A DNA stretch of 64,000 nucleotides, taken from the NCBI GenBank assembly GCA_963663405.2, contig CAXXSM010000036.1:62148-126147 (forward strand), read 5' to 3'. Origin of the DNA: a bacterium (lineage in GTDB: Bacteria; Hinthialibacterota; Hinthialibacteria; Hinthialibacterales; Hinthialibacteraceae). The stretch's first letter is position 1; each line of letters starts with the position of its first letter. The translations under genes were made by a program, and so were the position numbers. Positions 20,502-28,322 of the stretch are shown here, in pieces. Under the pieces are notes generated by a model, which was not told the DNA's origin, made no database searches, and worked only from the letters and a program-made list of their open reading frames with translations.

Positions 20502-20715
20502 CCCTATAGGGCTTGGAGGGAGAAAACTCGGAGAACGGAATAGGTAGAGAATGGAATCTGGAATGAACGGGCGGCGGCGAAGCGATAGCCGGCGTCCGCC
20601 CGTTAAGGCTCCGGCGCAAGCGCCGGTTCATGGAAGATGGAATGAACGGTGGTAGAAGGAAAGATTTGGAGTTCATAAACCGGAGAGGGGCGCTGGGGAG
20701 ATATATCTCCCCAGC
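20502..20715. other. GC-rich hairpins downstream of the putative VR
   Basis: CCCTATAGGG (20502), AACGGGCGG...CCGCCCGTT (20566-20604), CCGGCGCAAGCGCCGG (20611-20626) and a perfect 24-bp palindrome at 20692-20715. Confidence 0.7.
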
Positions 20716-20733
20716 TCGCGCGGGATTTGAATA

Positions 20734-20855
20734 GTGTGATTGTCTGAACCATGATTATAAGGATTAAAGGATTTCCATGATTTAAAATCAAGTAGGCCTG
20801 AGCCGCGCGATGGCGGCTTTTATCAAGTAAATCATGAAAATCAAGGTTCAGACAA
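20734..20855 (+). repeat. Palindromic TGTCTGAACC-type dispersed repeat (copy B, complete)
   Basis: Ends TTGTCTGAACC (20740) and GGTTCAGACAA (20845-20855); body matches 17300-17410. Confidence 0.85.
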
Positions 20856-20911
20856 AATATTCGGTGGGCTATAAAACTGATCCACCCTATATCAACAAAG
20901 GAAAATAAAAA

Positions 20912-22030
20912 ATGAAATCGAAAATTATAACCATAGCATTTCTACTGTGTATTATTCTATACCCACCCGGATTACATGCCGGAGTAGAGATCAATCCCAA
21001 CGGGATAGGCTCAGGAGCCCACGCGTCAGGCGGAGGCTCCATCTCAATGTTCGCCGCGCTGGAGACAGGAGGAACATCTTCGTCAGGGAATGGTCGAGTA
21101 ATAATTCATTCCGGTTTCATCGGGCAACTATCAACCGGCGGAAGCAACACAGCGCCCGTTGTCGATCCAAATATCGATGTGCTCGTGACCGGCTATCAAG
21201 CCGATTTAACAGCAATCTTCACCGATCCAGACGCGTCTGACACACATACCGCCTCGATTGATTGGGGAGATGGATTTACATACCCAGGTGTGGTCACACC
21301 TGGAACCGGTGGAGGTACCGTGACGGGAAACCATCTCTATACGGGAGATGGGATCTACACAATTACAGTGACGGTTGAGGATTCACCGGGTGAAACCGGA
21401 TCGGCTGATGTGACGATCTGTATCTTCTCGTATCTAGTCAACAGTGATGGAACGGGAGGCGGTGTCAACAAATACTGGCCGGGAACGCTCGGATATTTCG
21501 ACGCATGGTGGACCGCGACGGATTACGCAGGCGGTGATTCGAGCAATCCAGCGTATCCCTTCTATCCCGCCTGGTGCGCGTATTTGGATACGCTCATCCA
21601 GCTGGGCGTATGGTACAACAATGTCGGAATGTATTCCTCCCTGACCGATACGTGTTCATTGGTTGACAATCCAGAAAACCTGGACTTGGTGAATTACTTA
21701 TTATTTAAATATCGTCTTGGAACGTATATCCCATATGGCGCAACCAATAGAGAAATCCAGGCGGTGATTTGGCGGCTCCTCTTTAACAGCAGTTTTAAGT
21801 GGGATGAGACCAACCATGTGCCGGATGGAGGAATTACGTGGGATATTGGCATCGCTGATCAAGTCTATACGAATGTGTTAGGTGGATCGCTTCCCCCGTA
21901 TGATAGTAATGACACACTTCCTATCGTTGTTATCATCGATTGCGGCGATCAGGTGAATTTGATTGAGATACCTTATTACATTTTTGTTGAATTATTATCA
22001 CGTGGGATCGTGGTGGATGGGTGTCTGTAA
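20912..22030 (+). CDS. Secreted protein with PKD domain and putative Cys-Gln thioester domain
   Basis: Signal peptide; PKD motifs IDWGDG and HLYTGDGIYTITVTVED; C-terminal region with YPAWC, DLVNYLL and EIQAVIW. Confidence 0.75.
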   Translation: MKSKIITIAFLLCIILYPPGLHAGVEINPNGIGSGAHASGGGSISMFAALETGGTSSSGNGRVIIHSGFIGQLSTGGSNTAPVVDPNIDVLVTGYQADLTAIFTDPDASDTHTASIDWGDGFTYPGVVTPGTGGGTVTGNHLYTGDGIYTITVTVEDSPGETGSADVTICIFSYLVNSDGTGGGVNKYWPGTLGYFDAWWTATDYAGGDSSNPAYPFYPAWCAYLDTLIQLGVWYNNVGMYSSLTDTCSLVDNPENLDLVNYLLFKYRLGTYIPYGATNREIQAVIWRLLFNSSFKWDETNHVPDGGITWDIGIADQVYTNVLGGSLPPYDSNDTLPIVVIIDCGDQVNLIEIPYYIFVELLSRGIVVDGCL

Positions 22031-22299
22031 ATAATCATATCTGTTTGCATCCGTTTTACGGCTTTTACAATCTCGCAGAGCGCGGCTGAACTTTTCGTTT
22101 ATGGGAAAGCGGTTCGATTACGCTGGGAGTAAATCTCCTACACGATTCATTTTCGAGAAAGCATTTGATAGAACGACCGAAGGTGTGCCGCCGCGCAGTT
22201 TCTTTTTTTCTCAATCATTATTCCATCGCTATTGAAGTTGAATTTTGAATCTGTTAGGATCAAACAAGAATTGATTATATTCTTGTTTTTAGGAGGTTT

Positions 22300-23763
22300 A
22301 TGATGAGAATACGGTTTGGGTATCTCAGTCTTATTTCCGTTTTTCTGTTGGCCGGTTGCGCTGTAGCTGGCGCGGATACCGTAGGATACTGGAAGTTCGA
22401 CAACACGAATGTCGGAACGGCGTTGGATCAGAATGTTGCATTTCAGGATTCCAGCGCTAGTGGTTTAACCGGTATATTGGGGCTGCCGTTCAGTTCACCC
22501 GGTTCGGCGCCGGGGCCGTCCGGTTTGGCGGAGGATTTAGCCTTATCGCTGGATGGGGAAGCCTGCCTGATCGTGGATGATTCGGATGCTGAATTGTTGA
22601 ACATTCTGGCGCCTCCCATGACGCTTGAAGCGTGGATTCGCGCGGACGAAATGCAGGATGGGCATGTCGGACTCGTCAGTTACGGCGTCCCCGGCGGCCG
22701 GGATGGCCGGGGCGGATGGAAACTGGGACTCAACAATGGTGACCTTTTATTCACTACATTCGGCGTTGTGGATGTGTATTCTTCTGTTCCTTTCCCATAT
22801 GATGGCGCGTGGCATCACATCGCCGCCGTCTACTCAGACGTAGACGCATGGGTGCTCTTTTACATTGACGGCGAGGAATTGGGAGTCGTGGAAGAGAGCC
22901 GTGCCTTACTGGATCCCTCTTCCAAGGAATTAAATATTGGAGCGCAGTATACCTCGATCGGCCGCTTTCTGGGGGATATTGATCGTGTGCGGATTTCCAA
23001 TGCGGCTTTATCGGAAGATGAACTGGACACCGATCCCGCGAATGTAAAACCTGTGGTTGAGAGCACACTCGCGTTTTACGATTTCGATGAAGGCGCCGTT
23101 CCTTATGACAGCCAAGGCGCCGAACCCACACGTACGGCGATTTCGTTGGAAACCTGGGTTGAAACGAATATTCCCCGTACCAATATGAATCTTCCAACGG
23201 TGGAAGAGAACAGCCCCTCTGGTGAAGCGGGTGATATGTCGCTGTTATTTGATTTAGACGCGGGCAGCCGCGCGTTTGTGATGGATCCGGACGGGTTGTT
23301 GGATTTTAGTGATGGCAGCTGGACGCTGGAGGCGTGGGTGAGCACCGAACTGATGAGTTTGGAACGTATGGTATTGTTTTATTACGGCCGGCCCGGTGAA
23401 GGCTATTCTTTGTCAATTAACGAGGATGGAACGCTTCAAGTGACCACACTTGGCATCGCCGACCTGCCTTCCACAAACGCCATTGTTCCGTATGACTTGG
23501 AATGGACCCATGTGGCCGTCTCCCATGTAGCTGGTGAATCGATCAACTTTTTCATTAATGGCGAGTTAGTCGAAACCCAGGAGTATACAAGACTTACGAA
23601 TCCCGCCAACGGGGGCGTTCTCTACATTGGCGCGGAATATAATGGCGGATTGCCGTTCTTCGGTAATATCGATCGGATCCGGATCAGCAATAGCGCGCTT
23701 GCGGCGGAGGATTTGGACTCGAATGCGGTTGTTGTTGATATCTCGATGTGGCCTTTATATTAA
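22300..23763 (+). CDS. Secreted protein with two LamG-like jellyroll domains
   Basis: Two repeats of TLEAW...WxHxA...FxIxGE...IGAxY...FxGxIDRxRISNxAL; ends DISMWPLY. Confidence 0.88.
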   Translation: MMRIRFGYLSLISVFLLAGCAVAGADTVGYWKFDNTNVGTALDQNVAFQDSSASGLTGILGLPFSSPGSAPGPSGLAEDLALSLDGEACLIVDDSDAELLNILAPPMTLEAWIRADEMQDGHVGLVSYGVPGGRDGRGGWKLGLNNGDLLFTTFGVVDVYSSVPFPYDGAWHHIAAVYSDVDAWVLFYIDGEELGVVEESRALLDPSSKELNIGAQYTSIGRFLGDIDRVRISNAALSEDELDTDPANVKPVVESTLAFYDFDEGAVPYDSQGAEPTRTAISLETWVETNIPRTNMNLPTVEENSPSGEAGDMSLLFDLDAGSRAFVMDPDGLLDFSDGSWTLEAWVSTELMSLERMVLFYYGRPGEGYSLSINEDGTLQVTTLGIADLPSTNAIVPYDLEWTHVAVSHVAGESINFFINGELVETQEYTRLTNPANGGVLYIGAEYNGGLPFFGNIDRIRISNSALAAEDLDSNAVVVDISMWPLY

Positions 23764-23796
23764 TCCTCTACTAATCCATAACGATTATAACATTTT

Positions 23797-23842
23797 AAAG
23801 CGGCCACTGGCGATTGCATTAACGCCAGTGGCCGCTTTTTTT
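23797..23842 (+). terminator. Intrinsic terminator
   Basis: AAAGCGGCCACTGGCG / CGCCAGTGGCCGCTTT stem followed by a T-run. Confidence 0.9.
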
Positions 23843-23951
23843 ATTTCTCTCTTTTCTCTTCTTCGTTTGAACGCGCTCAAATTATGAGTATACTGTTAGG
23901 CTGAAATCAATTGTTCTATGCTCCATTCATTTTCAAGCAAGAAAGGAAAAC

Positions 23952-26030
23952 ATGATGAGACTTTTCTATTTGTTGACACTTAGCCTTTTTGTCTGTTCGT
24001 TGGGCGCCGCTCAGCCTGTGTACGTTGATTTGGCGGATTTATTCGATACTGACGTTGTAGTGGAACCAGGGGGAGCGGGGTTGACCGATCCGTTGGATGA
24101 AGAGGACGGGTGGATTGACGGCGCGTCATTGTCTAAATCGTATAACAGCGAACTGCCAACTTTCACGCAGGATGGATCGACTTCCTTTTTCTTCGCTCCG
24201 TTGGACGCCTCTGGATTGGACGCGCTGGCTCTGAATGGGCAATCGATCGCCGCCCCAGTGAGACATTATGAATCGCTTGATCTGGCGCTGCTTTCCGCGC
24301 CGGGATCGTTTGGGTATCCATTTGACAGGATTGAATTGCGGTACATGGATGGTTCAAGCGATTCGTATCGATGGGGGCCCGTCGCCGGATGGTTCGCCAG
24401 TCCTACAGCTTTTGACAATACTCGATATTCGTATACGGATTCCAGCAGCGTGGAAACGATCGCCTCGTTCCCTACTAATTTCTCGGATGAAGAGCTGATC
24501 TATTTACTGCAGGAAAGGGGAAATGGGAACTCCGGGGGTACCCGCTTCGTGGATGGAACCGGATTCGTTCTGTATGTCTTTGAAGATTTACCATTGGATA
24601 TGGAATCGGCGAAATTGGGAGTCACCGTCGGGAATAACTTTGTTGTGTCCGCCGCGGCCTATTATTTCAATCCAGAAGATCCGGTTGAAGTCGAGAGCTA
24701 TACTGTGCTTGCCAATTCAATGGAACTCTACGATGGATTTGAGCATCGGGCGCTGGGGAATTTAAAATTGTATGAGTTCGATGTTTCGCCCTTTTTAGCG
24801 GAGCAGACGGGAGAATTGTATGTCTTATTGACCGACGCGACGCCGGGAAACGGGTGGGGGCCATACATTCAAAATATCAGTCTCTATACGGGTGAGTATC
24901 TGACGTTTGAAGAAACCTTGGAACCTGTTGTTGACACCAGCGAGGCGAACGTATACGCCATGTTTCAAACCAATGGCGGCGAGGATGAGAGTCCTTATCT
25001 CTATGACAACAGTGGTTCCGGCCCGTCAAACCGGGATCATCGATTCGCCGATGGCGCAGGTTCGATCACCTATCGCTTCGATCTGCCGGACGATGTGACG
25101 GACGCTCAGCTGACGGTCGATATGGCGAATAATTTTGTAGTGAGTCTGGGCGGCCCCACTGGCGTGGTTCGATACGCGCAAATGTCTCCCGGCACAGCGG
25201 ATGAGAGCAATTATCTCATCGATGAAGGCGGCAGCATTTTAGGCGGAAATTACCGCTTCGCGGATGCGGCCGCGTATATGGTCTACCAATTCGATCTGCC
25301 GGATGATCTCACCAGCGCTGTCGCGCAGATCAATGTGGGCAATCAGTTCATTATCGAAGTGGCCGGTGGAACAGACAGCGCGTTTGAAATTGAATACGAT
25401 TGGGTGTTTGATTCAGGAGAGGAGACGCGGGATAACAGCAATCTAGATGTATACGAAGTCTCTCTCGATCCCTATTTGCAAAACAATCCGGAAAACATCG
25501 TGCAGATCCGGCTTTCCGATGGGATTCCCGCGGATGGATGGGGACCCTATTTGACGGGGATCGCGATCGTCAATCAATCGGGAACGGATGAAGATCCATT
25601 TACCGAAGTGTTGTCTTCCATGGACTTGTTTGGCGATGATATTCATACGGAATACAACAAAGACTATTACACGATCGATCTCTCGCAGGTTCTCCAATCG
25701 GATAATCCGGGGAAAGAAGTGTTTGTGAAATTCACGGATGGCAGCACGGGCGATGGCTGGGGACCGGGAATCTTCTGGATGGCGGTGTACAGTGGATCGA
25801 TCGATATTCAAACGGATACGCTTGTATTCAATGATTTAAAAGCGACGAGTGGGGAACCCGTAAACTATGGCCTTGGATTACTCAGCCGCCGGTTTCCAGT
25901 GGATTCATCAAAGAATCTGTCTGAGATTGTGTTCCCCACGCAGCCGGAGATTGAATCGGATGTAGTCTACCTGCTTGGGGCGACACTGAATGCTGTCGAT
26001 AACGCGGTTTCTGATTGGATGATGTTCTGA
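23952..26030 (+). CDS. Acidic secreted protein with three internal repeats
   Basis: Signal peptide; three RFxD...N(N/Q)F and three GWGP motifs; ends AVSDWMMF. Confidence 0.8.
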   Translation: MMRLFYLLTLSLFVCSLGAAQPVYVDLADLFDTDVVVEPGGAGLTDPLDEEDGWIDGASLSKSYNSELPTFTQDGSTSFFFAPLDASGLDALALNGQSIAAPVRHYESLDLALLSAPGSFGYPFDRIELRYMDGSSDSYRWGPVAGWFASPTAFDNTRYSYTDSSSVETIASFPTNFSDEELIYLLQERGNGNSGGTRFVDGTGFVLYVFEDLPLDMESAKLGVTVGNNFVVSAAAYYFNPEDPVEVESYTVLANSMELYDGFEHRALGNLKLYEFDVSPFLAEQTGELYVLLTDATPGNGWGPYIQNISLYTGEYLTFEETLEPVVDTSEANVYAMFQTNGGEDESPYLYDNSGSGPSNRDHRFADGAGSITYRFDLPDDVTDAQLTVDMANNFVVSLGGPTGVVRYAQMSPGTADESNYLIDEGGSILGGNYRFADAAAYMVYQFDLPDDLTSAVAQINVGNQFIIEVAGGTDSAFEIEYDWVFDSGEETRDNSNLDVYEVSLDPYLQNNPENIVQIRLSDGIPADGWGPYLTGIAIVNQSGTDEDPFTEVLSSMDLFGDDIHTEYNKDYYTIDLSQVLQSDNPGKEVFVKFTDGSTGDGWGPGIFWMAVYSGSIDIQTDTLVFNDLKATSGEPVNYGLGLLSRRFPVDSSKNLSEIVFPTQPEIESDVVYLLGATLNAVDNAVSDWMMF

Positions 26031-26037
26031 TAACAAG

Positions 26038-26598
26038 ATGGTTCAAACTCAATCCAGTTCATTTACGTTGATTGAACTTCTCATTGTCGTCGCGATCATT
26101 GGGATTTTAGCCGCGATCGCTGTTCCCAATTTTCTGAACGCGCAGGTGCGGGCGAAAGTGACCCGCGTCGAAGCGGATTTCCGGACTCTGGCGACAGCGT
26201 TGGAAGCCTACCGGTTGGAATTTGGTAACTATCCGGTCGCGCATCTAATCGATCAACAGATCGCGTCAGGTTCCGCGATAAGCCGCTTTTCCGCGTTGAC
26301 GACGCCGATTTCATATATTTCGTATTACCCCGCGGACCCATTCGGTCAACCGCGGCAAGACGGTGTCTTTCATACGGAAACATACGATTATTACGATTGG
26401 ACATCCGCGAAAATCGCCAATAACGCGCCACAGTCAACTCGTGGCGCGTATTGGCGGATCGCCAGCGCCGGGCCGGACAAGATTCAACTGGTCGGCACGC
26501 AGGTCGATTACGACGCCAGCAACGGTATGCTGAGCCTGGGCGATATTGTCCGCGTAGGAGCCCAGTGGATGCCGTTTGATCGAAGGCGATTGCAGTAA
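26038..26598 (+). CDS. Prepilin-type N-methylation domain protein (pilin/pseudopilin-like)
   Basis: SFTLIELLIVVAIIGILAAIAVPNF; LTTPISY, DPF, SAGPD, YDASNG. Confidence 0.92.
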   Translation: MVQTQSSSFTLIELLIVVAIIGILAAIAVPNFLNAQVRAKVTRVEADFRTLATALEAYRLEFGNYPVAHLIDQQIASGSAISRFSALTTPISYISYYPADPFGQPRQDGVFHTETYDYYDWTSAKIANNAPQSTRGAYWRIASAGPDKIQLVGTQVDYDASNGMLSLGDIVRVGAQWMPFDRRRLQ

Positions 26599-26620
26599 AC
26601 CAGTATTTACACCGTCTATT

Positions 26621-26928
26621 TTGTCAGAATCAGGATGGACCGGATTTTTAGGATAAACAGGATAAGGTATTAAATAGTCATCCTGAATATCCTACCCATC
26701 CTGCATATCCAGATTCAGACAGAAATTCACCGCTACGCTAACAATCCATCCCATCATACACATCGCCATTGCCGCAAATCCCATATCTTGATTCCAATCC
26801 ACCTACTTGTCTATTCTACATTAGCTTTGTCAGAATCGGGATGGACTGGATTTTTAGGATAAACAGGATAAGGTATTAAATAGCCATCCTGAATATCCTG
26901 CCCATCTTGTATATCCAGATTCAGACAA
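26621..26928. repeat. Two direct copies of a ~100-bp palindromic repeat (26621-26721 and 26827-26928)
   Basis: TGTCAGAATC...(GGAT)n...(ATCC)n...GATTCAGACA; same architecture as the repeats at 17300 and 20734. Confidence 0.88.
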
Positions 26929-27042
26929 ATATTTACTGCATTCCGGGTAAAATAACACCCTGATCTCACCAAAAAACAATCTGCAGGCCGAAGGCCAAAG
27001 AATTAAACCTTCAGCCTTCTACCTTCAACCTAATCCCCTCCC

Positions 27043-27806
27043 TCAAGGCAATTGAAGTGGAATCATTTTGATATTACGGTAAGCGACGGGGCCGTGGTCT
27101 CCCTGCAGCATCAACGGGCCCAGCGGCGCTTCTTCTTTATCCGGCATATGAGCGCGGGTCGGGCCGGTCAAGATCACGTTTTCATGAACGATCGTACCGT
27201 TATGAACGATGATTAAAAACTTGGCGTGTTCAATCAATTTTCCATCTTCGTCAAACCGGGGCGCGCGGAACACCGCGTCGAAGGTCTGCCATTCGCCGGG
27301 GCTTTGCTGGCGTTGATCGCAGGTGGATGGCCGTCATATGTTTCCCCATCTTTATATCGCGCGTACACCCCGCCGCAGTCGGAAAAGTCGACCTTATCTT
27401 TCCCCCAGCTGTCGAAGACCTGAATTTCATACAAGCCTTGAAAATAAACTCCCGAATTCGATCCCAACGGCACGCAGAATTCAATGTGAAGATAGCAATC
27501 CCCATGCTGAAACTTACTCAACAGGTTACTCGTCGGTTTCCCATCGGTTCCATTCACCATGATTCCTTGCCCCGGCTTCACATCAAACAATTTTTCGTTC
27601 TTCTCATTGATTGAAACGGAGCCGGCCGTGACCCAGGCGTGATTCGCGTGAAGCCCTACCCATTCCGAAAAATCGTTTCCATTAAATAAAGTAATGACTT
27701 CGCCCTTCGTCTCAGACGCGGCGGCGATTCCTGGAAGGCAAACCATCATCAGCGCCCCCATCAACACCCAAGCGGCGCCCTTTAATATTTTGATGTTCGT
27801 ATTCAT
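27043..27806 (-). CDS. DUF1080 / 3-keto-disaccharide hydrolase family protein, one frameshift near 27295
   Basis: LFNGNDFSEW, NSGVYFQGLYEIQVFDS and LMLQGDHGPVAYRNI split over two frames; GGAGG RBS before ATG at 27806. Confidence 0.85.
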
Positions 27807-27935
27807 GTACTGTCTCCTCCATCCAGATAGAATGAATAAAGCGCCTATAGTATGACGCGCATTCGCGCGAGACGACAGGTTTATCCAACAGGGTATTAAG
27901 AATACGTCAAATAGGAACAACACAGGAGATTCATA

Positions 27936-28261
27936 ATGAAGCCGTATTTAACAATAACAAAACTAGAAGATTGCCTCGCGGAAAGTCATAAGCAGCCGGT
28001 GATGATTTTAAAACACAGTAAAACCTGCCCTATTTCATCCATGCGAAAGCCCAGGTTGACCGCTATCTGAAAGAAGGAACCGCGCCTGTCTACTTAGTGG
28101 TGGTTCAAAAAGAACATCCTCTCTCACAAGAGATTGCGGACCAGTTAAAGATCAAACACGAAAGCCCCCAGCTGATCATCCTTAGAGACGGCGCGGTTCA
28201 CACTTTTTTCAACCATTACCAAATTGAAGAAGAGACTATCCGCCGCGAATTAGCAAAATAA
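27936..28261 (+). CDS. ytxJ: YtxJ/BrxC-like monothiol thioredoxin-fold protein, frameshift near 28040
   Basis: Hand translation gives LKHSKTCPIS and, in the next frame, SQEIADQLKIKHESPQLIILRDG; AGGAG RBS. Confidence 0.8.
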
Positions 28262-28297
28262 AAACGCGGTCCAGAGGACAATCCCTGGACCGCGTTT
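28262..28297. terminator. Hairpin between convergent genes
   Basis: AAACGCGGTCCA / TGGACCGCGTTT. Confidence 0.8.
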
Positions 28298-28322
28298 CCA
28301 ACTAGTTTATTACAAACAGATG

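Noticed and set aside
26621-26928. CRISPR array
   Set aside because: Only two ~100-bp palindromic units, no regular repeat-spacer period and no cas genes.
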